Source: Solirubrobacterales bacterium (lineage in GTDB: Bacteria; Actinomycetota; Thermoleophilia; Solirubrobacterales; 70-9). From it: a stretch of DNA of 64,000 nt. Numbering within the stretch: position 1 is the first letter of the stretch; every line of letters begins with the position of its first letter. Shown one piece after another: positions 43,576 to 52,492 of this stretch. The notes below the pieces were generated by a model. It saw only the letters and a list, made by a program, of their open reading frames with translations, ran no database searches and was not told the origin of the DNA. The DNA is taken from NCBI GenBank assembly GCA_044464425.1, contig JBIQLL010000013.1, forward strand, positions 648 through 64,647. The letters are read 5' to 3'. A program made the translations under genes and the position numbers.

Positions 43576-44847
43576 TCAGGAACCGGATTTCCAGAGAGTG
43601 TCGAGCGGCAGAGCCCAGAGCCGGTTGCCGAACGGGCGGGGTTCCTGACCCGTATGAAGCACCACCCCGGCGCGGAATCGGGGGCCAAACTGGTCGCGCA
43701 GCCAGGCGAGGCCAGCAAAGTCTCCGTACGTGACCGTGGCGGCAGCCTTGACCTCGACGCCGACGATGTCGCCGTTTCGGCGTTCGGCGATCACATCGAC
43801 CTCGCGCTCGCGTTCCCTGAGGTGCCAGAAGGTACAAGGCTCCTCCGACCAGGAAGCCTGTCGTTCCAGCTCGTTTGCGACGAAGGTCTCGAACAGGGCT
43901 CCCGCGATCCCGCCGTCGGCCTTGACTCGTCCGGAGTCGATCCCGACTAGCTCGGCGAGTAGACCGGTGTCGGCCACGTAGAGCTTCGGGGCCTTGACGT
44001 GGCGTTTACCCAGATTGCGATGCCACGCCCTTCGGATCCGGATCAGAAACAACCGGTCTAGAACCTGGACGTAGCTCTTGGCGGTCTTGCCATCCATCTT
44101 CAAGTCCCGGCCCAGTCGCTCGTAGCGAGCGATCGAGCCCGACCGGGCGGCGATCAGGCGGAGAAGCTCTCCGACGGCCGACGAGTCGTGGATCCGCGAG
44201 GTCTCCGGCACGTCCCTTTCCGTAATCGATTGGACATAGCTCTCGAAAAATCGCCTGCGATCTTTGGCAGGGCGATGCTGGGCTTCGGGGAAACCACCCT
44301 TGAGCAGCATCTCGGCGTAGGCATCCCGGCCGAGAGGCGACCCCTCCGAGGTGGGTACCTCACCGTCGAAGAGCAGGTCCAGGAACCTGTCCCGCCCGCC
44401 GGTGAGCTCTCCCTGGGTGAATGGCCACAGCGTCAAGTAGTCGATCCGGCCGGGGAGGGCATCCGGGACCGTCGGGATAGCCCGCAGGTTGGCCGATCCG
44501 GTGATCAGGAACTGGCCGCGGGCGTTGTCTTGGTCAACCTGGGACTTGATCGAGAGCAGGAGGTTCGGAGCACGCTGAATCTCATCGATTATCGCCGGCC
44601 GCGCCATCGAGCCCAGGAGGCCGATCGGATCATTGACAGCCAGGGAGAGAGTGTCGGGGTCGTCGAGGCTTATGTACTCGGCCCCCAGCTCTCGTTCGGC
44701 CAGTTCCTTGACCAGGGTGCTCTTGCCTGCTTGACGTGCCCCCAGCACGGCCACGACCCGGGCCTGGCTCATCGATTGGACCACGACGCTCGAGAGGGAG
44801 CGCTCGACGTACTCGCGGTCTTTGGCTTGGCTTGGCTCGGTCACCAT
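43576..44847 (-). CDS. AAA ATPase (AAA_14-like) with C-terminal DUF4143 / PD-(D/E)XK-like domain
   Basis: Walker A GARQAGKST. C-terminus EREVDVIAE...IVGVEVKA is a D...ExK pattern. Composition is less GC-rich than ileS. Confidence 0.85.
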   Translation of the reverse strand: MVTEPSQAKDREYVERSLSSVVVQSMSQARVVAVLGARQAGKSTLVKELAERELGAEYISLDDPDTLSLAVNDPIGLLGSMARPAIIDEIQRAPNLLLSIKSQVDQDNARGQFLITGSANLRAIPTVPDALPGRIDYLTLWPFTQGELTGGRDRFLDLLFDGEVPTSEGSPLGRDAYAEMLLKGGFPEAQHRPAKDRRRFFESYVQSITERDVPETSRIHDSSAVGELLRLIAARSGSIARYERLGRDLKMDGKTAKSYVQVLDRLFLIRIRRAWHRNLGKRHVKAPKLYVADTGLLAELVGIDSGRVKADGGIAGALFETFVANELERQASWSEEPCTFWHLREREREVDVIAERRNGDIVGVEVKAAATVTYGDFAGLAWLRDQFGPRFRAGVVLHTGQEPRPFGNRLWALPLDTLWKSGS

Positions 44848-44848
44848 A

Positions 44849-44980
44849 AGCTCGGTGCATCCTACCGGCTAACTCGGAAATATATGGCGGTCAACTCGGA
44901 AAATCGGTTCGGTTAGGTCGGAAAGTCTTGGCAATCAACTCGAACATGCTTGGCCGCAAGGCCGGATGGCCTATTCACGC
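44849..44980. repeat. Six phased 22-bp degenerate direct repeats (core A[AG][CG][TC]CG[GA])
   Basis: Units start at 44849, 44871, 44893, 44915, 44937 and 44959. AACTCGGAAA is exact in units 2 and 3. The array fills the divergent intergenic region. Confidence 0.7.
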
Positions 44981-45017
44981 CGGGGCCAGGATGGGTGGCT
45001 CTCGTAGAGTTACGAGC

Positions 45018-46748
45018 ATGGAACCACTGGACTTGAGGGGCAAGGTCGTGCTGATCACCGGTGGGTCGAGAGGGATCGGTTTCGAGACCGGCCGGCTAGC
45101 TCGTGAGCGCGGTGCGTCGGTCGTACTGATCGATCTCGATCGTGACGTGGTCGAGGAATCGGCCACCGCTCTGGGCGGGGATTCGCTGGGGATCAAGGCC
45201 GATGTCACCGACCTGCGCCAGATGGAGGACGCGGTCGCTCGGGTGGTCGAGCGGCTCGGCCGGATCGACGTGGTGATCGCGAGTGCCGGGATCACGCCCC
45301 CGAAGACCACGGCCCGGGCGATCGACCCGGCGATCTGGGAGAAGGTGGTCGAGGTCAACGCGGTCGGTGTCTACAACACCGCCCGGGCGACGATCGAGCA
45401 GGTGATCGCCAACCGCGGCCACATGGTCCTGATCGCCTCGGTCTACGCCCACGTGAACGGGGTGCTCAACACCTCCTACGCGGTTTCCAAGGCCGGGGTC
45501 GAGTCGCTCGGCCGGTCGCTCCGGTCGGAACTGGAGCCGCACGGCGCAAGCGCCGGGGTTGCCTACTTCGGCTTCGTGGAGACCGACCTGATCGGCCAGA
45601 TCTTCGAGAACGAGCTGGCCGACCGTTTCCGCGAGAAGTTCGCGCCTTCGTTCCTCACCAAGAAGATGCCGGTCAGCCAGGCCGCGGAGGCCCTGATCGA
45701 CGGCATCGGCCGGCGCGAGCCGCGGATCATCGAACCGGCCGTCTGGCGGCCCCCGCTCTATCTGCGGGGTCAGGTCGGTCCCCTCAACGACCGCCAGCTC
45801 GAGCGGAACCCGGAGGTCGGCGAGTTCATCCGCGAGTTCGAACGGCGCGACATCGGCGAGTCGGCCGCCCCGCTCCACCCGCCGGTGCGCTCCGGGCTGC
45901 CCTACAGCCTGGCCGGCAAGGTGGTGCTGGTGACCGGCGCGGCACGGGGAATCGGGTTCGAGATCGCCCGGCAGGCCCACGGCCGAGGCGCCTCGGTCGC
46001 GCTGCTCGATCTCGATCCGGCGAGCGCCGAGGCCGCGGCGGCCCGGATCGGTCCGCGGGCGGCCGGCTTCGCCGCCGACGTGACCGGCAGCGACGCGCTG
46101 GAACAGGCCTTCGCCGCTACCCGCGAGCGCTTCGGCCGGATTGACGTGGTCGTCGCCAACGCCGGGATCGGACCGGCGCAGGCGACGCCGATCCGCAGCC
46201 AGGATCCGGCCGAGTGGCGCCGGATCTACGAGGTCAACCTGTTCGGCGTCTGGCGGACCGTGCGAGCCGGGCTCGATGACGTGATCGGCAACGGCGGGCA
46301 GTTCGTGCTGGTCTCCTCCTCATACGCGTTCTGGAACGGCCTGATGAACTCTGCCTACGCGACAGCCAAGGCCGGGGTCGAGGCCCTGGGCCGCGGGCTC
46401 CGGGCCGAGCTGACCCCGGTCGGTGCGAGCGCGACCGTCGCCTACTTCGGCTGGATTGACACCGAGCTGGTTTCCGACGCCTTCGCCGACCCGCTGATCG
46501 ACCGGCTGCGCCACGAGGCGATGCCGGCCTGGATGACCCGCCGGATTCCCGTGGCCCGGGCCGGCAAGGTCGTGATCGAGGCGCTCGAGAAGCACGCCCC
46601 GCGGGCGATCGCCCCGACCGAGTGGAAAGCGCTCTTCTACGCGCGGGGACTGGTCGGGCCCTTCGTCGACAAGCGAATCGACGAGGACGCCGCCGTCGCC
46701 CGGATCATCCCCGAAGCGGAAGCCCGCTCCGGGGACGGAACGCGTTAG
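45018..46748 (+). CDS. Tandem SDR-SDR fusion oxidoreductase
   Basis: Two complete SDR modules: GKVVLITGGSRGIG...YAVSKAG and GKVVLVTGAARGIG...YATAKAG. Each is followed by a similar ~90-aa extension. Confidence 0.8.
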   Translation: MEPLDLRGKVVLITGGSRGIGFETGRLARERGASVVLIDLDRDVVEESATALGGDSLGIKADVTDLRQMEDAVARVVERLGRIDVVIASAGITPPKTTARAIDPAIWEKVVEVNAVGVYNTARATIEQVIANRGHMVLIASVYAHVNGVLNTSYAVSKAGVESLGRSLRSELEPHGASAGVAYFGFVETDLIGQIFENELADRFREKFAPSFLTKKMPVSQAAEALIDGIGRREPRIIEPAVWRPPLYLRGQVGPLNDRQLERNPEVGEFIREFERRDIGESAAPLHPPVRSGLPYSLAGKVVLVTGAARGIGFEIARQAHGRGASVALLDLDPASAEAAAARIGPRAAGFAADVTGSDALEQAFAATRERFGRIDVVVANAGIGPAQATPIRSQDPAEWRRIYEVNLFGVWRTVRAGLDDVIGNGGQFVLVSSSYAFWNGLMNSAYATAKAGVEALGRGLRAELTPVGASATVAYFGWIDTELVSDAFADPLIDRLRHEAMPAWMTRRIPVARAGKVVIEALEKHAPRAIAPTEWKALFYARGLVGPFVDKRIDEDAAVARIIPEAEARSGDGTR

Positions 46749-48253
46749 CGGCGCCCCTTCTTCCGCTTTTTCTTCGCCTTCTTGATCTTCAGCACGGACT
46801 TGGCCGAGTGCTTCTTGTAGCTGGCCTTGATCTTGGCCTTGCCCTTCGCCTTCTTCGTGGCCCGGACCTTGATCACCTTGCTGCCGGAGAGCAGTCCGCC
46901 ACTCACCTCGCCGCCAAGTCGAACGACGACCGATTTCGGCAGCTTCACCTGGCGGTTCGAGGATTTGAGCTTGATTCGGAACTGGTGCGGTGAGAGTCCC
47001 GGCTTCGCCCGGATGGCCAGCTTCAGACGGAACTTCTTGCCCGCCTTGATCTTGCCCTTCTTCGGCTTGAGCGTGATCTTGGTCAGGACGGTCATCGGAT
47101 CGGTGATCACGATCGGTCCGCAGTTGGGCGGGGTACCTTCGGTGCCGTCGGGGCACATGATGGGCGCACAGTTGTCCGGGGCGATGCCGGTCTGGCCGTC
47201 CGGGCAGACCTGGGACGGGCAGCGGGGGCTGCCGTCCGGCTTGGCGATGCCCGCGGAGCACAGGTAGGCGGCCAGGGTGGTCGGTGACGGCGTGTTGTAG
47301 GAGTCGGCGCCGTCCGCGATCAGCTTCGCGTAAAAGGCGTCGGTGTCCTGGAGCGGATCGTGGTCGGAGCCCCAGACGTAGATCTTGTACCCGTCGTAAT
47401 CCGTGAACTTCTTGAGCACCGGCACGGTGCGCAGCCAGGTTCCCGAGAGCTCGTAGTAGTCCGGAGGCTCGACCGCGACCGGGGTCGGGGTGATCGGCTT
47501 GCCCTGGATGTAGCCGAGCAGGCCGGCCATGCTGCCGCTGAACGACTTGTGCTGCGGGCGGGCAGCGTGCATCGCATCCAGCATCTCCTGGCCGAAGGAG
47601 TTGATGATCACGTTCTCGTCGTGGCCCGGATGGGTGGCGAGGATGTTCGCCATGGTCTCGGCGGTGTCCTCGATGTCGACTCCGGGAACCTGCTTCAGCT
47701 CGATGTTGATCGGCGTGTCCGGGAAGGCGTCGAGCACTTCCTCGAAGGTCGGGATCTTGAAATCGTCCCGCTTGAAGCCGTCCGGCGGCGGGGCCAAGCC
47801 GGTCGCGATGCCGCGGTACGGGACCGTGGCCGAGCCGTCCCGCGGGCTCCACTTGTAGGCGAAGTCCAGCGTCTTCAGCTCGGAAAGGTCGAGCTCGTTG
47901 ATGTCGTGCCGGCCCTCGAACATGTCATCGGTCAGGTTCGAGTTCTTGCGCGCGTCGAGATCATGGGTGAGGACGATCTTGCCGTCTCTGGTGACGTAGG
48001 CGTCCATGTCGATCATGTCGGCGCCGATCTTCATCGCCGACTTGTACGAGAAGAGGGTGTTCGGCGGGAAGTCCCACTCGCCGCCCTGATGGGCCATCAG
48101 GATGAACCCCTTGTCCTGCCAGTAATCGGTCGGTGGCGGAACCGGATCCCGGTCCGGGGCCGCGGCGGCGGCCGACGAGAAGAATGCGATGGCCAAAATG
48201 GCGGTTATCGCGGCAAGAACGGACTTTCTCAACATCTGCTTCCCCTGTCTCAA
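46745..48253 (-). CDS. Secreted glycerophosphodiester phosphodiesterase-family protein with Cys-loop linker and basic C-terminal module
   Basis: Signal peptide. LMAHQGGEWDFPPNTLFSYKSAMKIGADMIDMDAYVTRDGKIVLTHD. 2 x CPDGxxGxxPxNC. K-rich tail. Confidence 0.8.
   Translation of the reverse strand: MRQGKQMLRKSVLAAITAILAIAFFSSAAAAAPDRDPVPPPTDYWQDKGFILMAHQGGEWDFPPNTLFSYKSAMKIGADMIDMDAYVTRDGKIVLTHDLDARKNSNLTDDMFEGRHDINELDLSELKTLDFAYKWSPRDGSATVPYRGIATGLAPPPDGFKRDDFKIPTFEEVLDAFPDTPINIELKQVPGVDIEDTAETMANILATHPGHDENVIINSFGQEMLDAMHAARPQHKSFSGSMAGLLGYIQGKPITPTPVAVEPPDYYELSGTWLRTVPVLKKFTDYDGYKIYVWGSDHDPLQDTDAFYAKLIADGADSYNTPSPTTLAAYLCSAGIAKPDGSPRCPSQVCPDGQTGIAPDNCAPIMCPDGTEGTPPNCGPIVITDPMTVLTKITLKPKKGKIKAGKKFRLKLAIRAKPGLSPHQFRIKLKSSNRQVKLPKSVVVRLGGEVSGGLLSGSKVIKVRATKKAKGKAKIKASYKKHSAKSVLKIKKAKKKRKKGRR
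47120..47206 (-). repeat. Two in-frame copies of a Cys-loop unit CPDG(Q/T)(T/E)G(IA/T)P(D/P)NC
   Basis: 47168-47206 and 47120-47155, decoded codon by codon. Confidence 0.8.
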
Positions 48254-48372
48254 GCGGTCGGGACTTTGCCGCCGGTCTCGTTGCTCCCTGCCGAGAGATT
48301 GTAGGGGACACGCGTAAACCGGATGTGACCAATCGGCTAAGGTCGAGCAATGGGGATCAGGGAGGTTCCGCG

Positions 48373-49551
48373 ATGAAGCCGTTTCACGTCCTGGGATTGT
48401 TCGTCATCGTGCTCCTGCTCTTCGGGAGCTCACCCAACGCCGAGGCAACCCTGCCGGGCAAGAACGGCCCGCTGCTGGTCGATGCCCAGGAGGGGCCGCT
48501 TCCGGTCCCGCCGGGCCCGATGTATGTCTCGCACCTCTACCACCTGGCACTGGACGGCAGTCACTCCGAGATCACAGCGCCTGAGAGCAACTACGATCCC
48601 GCGATTTCTCCGGATGGAACCAAACTGGCCTTCATCAGGAATCCGGGCGATCAACTCTGGTTGGGCGATGTGAGCAAAGTTGGTTCGGCCACGGCGGTCA
48701 CTACCGGGGACGACTACTCGGGTGACTATAGATCGACTCCGGTGTTCACCCCCGATGGCAAGTCGGTGATTCTTGACGCCGGCTGGAGTTACAAAGGCTG
48801 GTACGACTCAGAGATCCAGAGCTATTCCTTGAAGTCCGGTGTGGTGACCCCCAGGGCCCATGAAGGTGACGTCCAGATGAGCCCGGATGTTTCACCGGAC
48901 GGCAAGATGATTGCCTTCGTCTCGGCGCAGTTCGTCGACTACTCGTTTCAATCCCTGAAGATCAGGCTGGCGAACGGATTCAACGCCGCGAGTCGCCCTT
49001 TTCCCGCGAGTGGTCCTGCCTGGGGTCCGAGTTTCTCACCAGACGGCAGGAAGCTCGCGTATCTGGGAGAGGTCAACGGGGTCGCGCAGGTCTTCGTGGG
49101 TCGAATCGACGGAACCCACCAGCGGCAACTGACGTTTGGGAGCGACCCGAGCTTGAAGGTGGTCTTCTCGCCCGACGGGAAGAAGATCGCCTATGCGAGT
49201 GGCGATCCTCACGCACCGAGGATCACCGTGAGGAACCTCCGGTCCGGAACGACGACATCGGTTGATTTTCCAGGGGTCGCTGGGACGCTCTCCCAATGGC
49301 CGCGGTCGGAGCTCTTCAAGGCGATCCGCTTCAAACCGAACCGGAGACAGTTGGTGGTCAGGGTTTTCAATCCCGGCACGGTGGTCGTTCTGGCCCGCGG
49401 CAAGAGACTCGGCCGGCGTACCGTCTCGGCTGGCGGCACCTACCGGGTGGGTATCCGGTGGAAGGGCCGGTCGCGAAAGCGTCGGGTCCGAATCGAGTTC
49501 AGGCCGGTCGGGGCCCTGCCGGGATCGATCCGGTACGTCCTCAGGCGTTAG
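48373..49551 (+). CDS. Secreted TolB-like beta-propeller (PD40 repeats) protein with basic C-terminal module
   Basis: GGGAGG RBS. Signal peptide MKPFHVLGLFVIVLLLFGSSPNAEA. Repeats ISPDGTKLAF, FTPDGKSVIL, VSPDGKMIAF, FSPDGRKLAY, FSPDGKKIAY. Confidence 0.75.
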   Translation: MKPFHVLGLFVIVLLLFGSSPNAEATLPGKNGPLLVDAQEGPLPVPPGPMYVSHLYHLALDGSHSEITAPESNYDPAISPDGTKLAFIRNPGDQLWLGDVSKVGSATAVTTGDDYSGDYRSTPVFTPDGKSVILDAGWSYKGWYDSEIQSYSLKSGVVTPRAHEGDVQMSPDVSPDGKMIAFVSAQFVDYSFQSLKIRLANGFNAASRPFPASGPAWGPSFSPDGRKLAYLGEVNGVAQVFVGRIDGTHQRQLTFGSDPSLKVVFSPDGKKIAYASGDPHAPRITVRNLRSGTTTSVDFPGVAGTLSQWPRSELFKAIRFKPNRRQLVVRVFNPGTVVVLARGKRLGRRTVSAGGTYRVGIRWKGRSRKRRVRIEFRPVGALPGSIRYVLRR

Positions 49552-49560
49552 GTGACGAAT

Positions 49561-52482
49561 TCACGGCCGGGTGGTTTCTTCGAGCAGGTAGATGAAGGAG
49601 CCGTACGGTTCACCCGTGGCGCGCTCGAGGCCGACCTCGCAGGTGCGGTTGGAGGAGATGTGGCGTTCAGTCGGGGCGGCCTTCACCTCCGTGGCCTCGA
49701 TCGCGGTGGCGCTCTCGGTGAGCTCGGGGTGGAGCATGCCGCGGTCGCCGGCGAAGCCGCAGCAGGTAGCCGTGTTCGGGACTTCGACCCGTTCGGCCAG
49801 GGCCTCGGCGATCCGGGTGAGCGCTCGCTCCAGGCCCATGTGGCGGCCCGAGCAGGTCGGGTGGACCGTGACCGACTCCGCCTTCCGGGTTACCTCCAGC
49901 TCCGGCAGCAGGTGCTGCTCGGCCCACTGGACCGAGTCGAGGATGGTCAGCTCGGCGTGGCGGGACGCATTTTCCTCGGTCAGGACGCCCTCGCCGAAAT
50001 CCATCAGGCCGTGCCCACAGGAGGAGGCGTCGATCACCAGCGGCAGCGTTCCGCCACCGGTCCAGCGCCAGATCCTCTCGACCGTCTGGTTCGCCTTGAA
50101 GGAATGGGCGTCCCGGTATCCCTTCGAGCTCCACGGCACCGAGCAGCAGGTTCCCGTGATGTCAGGCGGGATCCAGACCGGCTTGCCGGCCCGGGCGGAA
50201 ACCTCGACCATGGCCTCCGGCAGGCTCAGGCCCGGGTCGTCCTTGGACCGGCCGAAAATCCGGTTGATGCAGGCCGGCATGTAGACCGCAGCAGCATCCT
50301 GGGACGTCGTCCGCGGGAGTTCCGGCGAGGCGGCCGGCGGCATCTTCTCTCCCCACTCCGGAACCAGGTCGGCGCTGAGCGCCTTGCGGGCGGCGCGGGT
50401 CAGGCCGCGCATCGCGCCGTCCGAGGTGACGGTCGTGACCGCGCTGCCGAACTTGAGTCCGGTCCGGGCCAGCTTCTCGATGCGGTCCCAGCGCCGGGCC
50501 GCCCGCAGCGCCATCCGCTCGGCGGCCGGGGTGTGCTGCTCGGCCCGGAACTCCTTGATGAACTTGCCCGTGTCGATGCCGACCGGGCAGACCAGGAGGC
50601 AGGAGCCGTCGTTGGCGCAGGTCTCGATCGCCTCGTACTCGAACTCCTTCAGCAGGGCCCGGCGGACCGGCGTGTCCTCACCCTGGCGGACCATCTCCCG
50701 TCTGAGCACGATCCGCTGCCGCGGGGTGGTGGTGAGGTTGCGGCTCGGGCAGACCGGCTCGCAGAACCCGCACTCGACACAGGCGTTCGCTTCCTCCTCG
50801 ATCGGAGGGGTCGTCTTCAGATTCTTCAGATGGGCCGTCTGGTCGCGGTTCAGGATCGAGCCGGGGTTCAGCGCATTGTCCGGGTCGGCCAGAGCCTTCA
50901 GCCGCCACATCAGCCCGGTCGCCTTCTCACCCCACTCGATCTCCACGTAGGGGGCCATGTTGATGCCGGTCCCGTGCTCGGCCTTGAGCGAGCCGTCGTA
51001 CTTGGTGCAGATCAGCTCGACCAGGGCGGTCATGAAGTTCTCGTAGCGCTCGAGATCCTCCGGCTTGGCGAAGTCCGGGGTGAGCATGAAGTGGAGGTTG
51101 CCGGCCGAGGCGTGACCGGCGACGCCGGCGAGAAAGCCGTGCTCGGCCAGCAGCTCACGCAGCTCCACGGCGCCGTCGGCGATCCGCGAGGGCGGCACGC
51201 AGACGTCTTCGATGATCAGGGCGGTGCCGGGCAGGCGCATCTTGCCGATCAGCCCGTGCAGGCCCTCACGCACCTTCCAGTTGATCTCGACCGTCTCCTC
51301 GTCACGGGCGAAGTTGGCCGGCAGGATGAGTTGCTCGGGGTCGACGATCTCGAACGCCTTCGCTTCCAAGGCGTCGAGGGCGGCATCGTCCGGACCGCCG
51401 AACTCGACCAACAGCGCGGCCGACTCCGGGTCAAGCTCCTTGAAGTACTCGGGGGCGCCGGGCATGTTCCAGCCCGCGGTGATCAGGGCCGGCGCGACCA
51501 TCAGCTCGACCGCGGTCGCTCCGGCAGCGACAAGCTCCGGGACGGGGTCGACGGCGGTCCGGATGTCAGGGAAGTGGAGCCAGGCGGTTGTGGTGACCCG
51601 GGGCAGCTCGACCGTCTCGAAGGTGACGCTGGCGACGAAGGCGAGCGTGCCCTCGGAGCCGATGATCAGCCGGCGAAAGATCTCGAGCGGCGTTTCACCG
51701 TCGAGGAAGGCGCAGAGCCGGTAGCCGGTCGTGTTCTTGATCTCGAACTTGCCCCGGATCCGCTCGGTCAGGGCCTGGTCGGCGAGGATCTCCTCGCGGA
51801 TCTTCAGCAGGCCCTCGGCCAGCTCCGGCTCCTTGTTCGCGAACTCCTGCTCGGCTCCCGCGGCCTCGGTATCGATCACGGTGCCCGACGGGGTGATGAA
51901 AGTCATCCCGGTGACCGTCTGGTAGGAGTCGTAGGTGACGCCGCAGCGCATGCCGCCCGAGTTGTTGTTGACCACGCCGCCGACCGTGGCGATGTCGGTC
52001 GAGGCGGGGTCGGGGCCGAGCTTTCTGCCGAACGGCGCCAGGACCTTGTTGGCGTGGCCGAGAATGGTGCCCGGCTTGATCCGCGCCTTCAGCCCGTCCT
52101 CCAGCACCTCGACTCCGGTGAAGTGCTTGCGGACGTCGACCAGGATGCCTTCGGTCTGCCCCTGCCCGTTGAGGCTGGTGCCGCCGGAGCGGAAGGTGAC
52201 CGGGATCCCCTCCTGACGGCCGAACTTCATGACCTTCGCCACGTCCTCGGGTTCGCGGGCCATGACCACGGCCCGTGGCAGCATCCGGTACGGGCTCGCG
52301 TCGGAGGCGTAACGGATCAGGTCGGTGGCCCGGGCGAGGATCTTCTCCTCACCGAGCAAGGCAATGAGCTGTGAGCGAAGCGGCTCCGGGGTGCCGCCCG
52401 CGACCCAGTCCGGCGCCCGGTCCGAGGCCGGCTCGCTCGGCGCCGGGGTGATCTTGAGGACATCCGGTTCGAGCAGTGCCAT
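49561..52482 (-). CDS. FAD-linked oxidase fused to 4Fe-4S dicluster and CCG domains (GlcD/GlcF- or YdiJ-like 2-hydroxyacid dehydrogenase)
   Basis: FAD-binding PCMH-type N-terminus (RSGGTSLNGQ). CVECGFCEPVCPS and CANDGSCLLVCPVG. C-terminal Cys-rich CCG repeats. Confidence 0.85.
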   Translation of the reverse strand: MALLEPDVLKITPAPSEPASDRAPDWVAGGTPEPLRSQLIALLGEEKILARATDLIRYASDASPYRMLPRAVVMAREPEDVAKVMKFGRQEGIPVTFRSGGTSLNGQGQTEGILVDVRKHFTGVEVLEDGLKARIKPGTILGHANKVLAPFGRKLGPDPASTDIATVGGVVNNNSGGMRCGVTYDSYQTVTGMTFITPSGTVIDTEAAGAEQEFANKEPELAEGLLKIREEILADQALTERIRGKFEIKNTTGYRLCAFLDGETPLEIFRRLIIGSEGTLAFVASVTFETVELPRVTTTAWLHFPDIRTAVDPVPELVAAGATAVELMVAPALITAGWNMPGAPEYFKELDPESAALLVEFGGPDDAALDALEAKAFEIVDPEQLILPANFARDEETVEINWKVREGLHGLIGKMRLPGTALIIEDVCVPPSRIADGAVELRELLAEHGFLAGVAGHASAGNLHFMLTPDFAKPEDLERYENFMTALVELICTKYDGSLKAEHGTGINMAPYVEIEWGEKATGLMWRLKALADPDNALNPGSILNRDQTAHLKNLKTTPPIEEEANACVECGFCEPVCPSRNLTTTPRQRIVLRREMVRQGEDTPVRRALLKEFEYEAIETCANDGSCLLVCPVGIDTGKFIKEFRAEQHTPAAERMALRAARRWDRIEKLARTGLKFGSAVTTVTSDGAMRGLTRAARKALSADLVPEWGEKMPPAASPELPRTTSQDAAAVYMPACINRIFGRSKDDPGLSLPEAMVEVSARAGKPVWIPPDITGTCCSVPWSSKGYRDAHSFKANQTVERIWRWTGGGTLPLVIDASSCGHGLMDFGEGVLTEENASRHAELTILDSVQWAEQHLLPELEVTRKAESVTVHPTCSGRHMGLERALTRIAEALAERVEVPNTATCCGFAGDRGMLHPELTESATAIEATEVKAAPTERHISSNRTCEVGLERATGEPYGSFIYLLEETTRP

Positions 52483-52492
52483 CGCGGTTCCC

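Noticed and set aside
43640-43680. GGGGTGGTGC on the minus strand near the 3' end of the ATPase gene resembled the T-box core GGGTGGTACCGCG upstream of ileS.
   Set aside because: The match is only partial. It lies inside a well-supported coding frame and I could find no specifier or antiterminator helices by eye. A covariance-model scan would be needed to overturn this.
44849-44980. Whether the 22-nt periodic array is a CRISPR array.
   Set aside because: The units are contiguous with no spacers, degenerate, much shorter than CRISPR repeats, and no cas genes are present.
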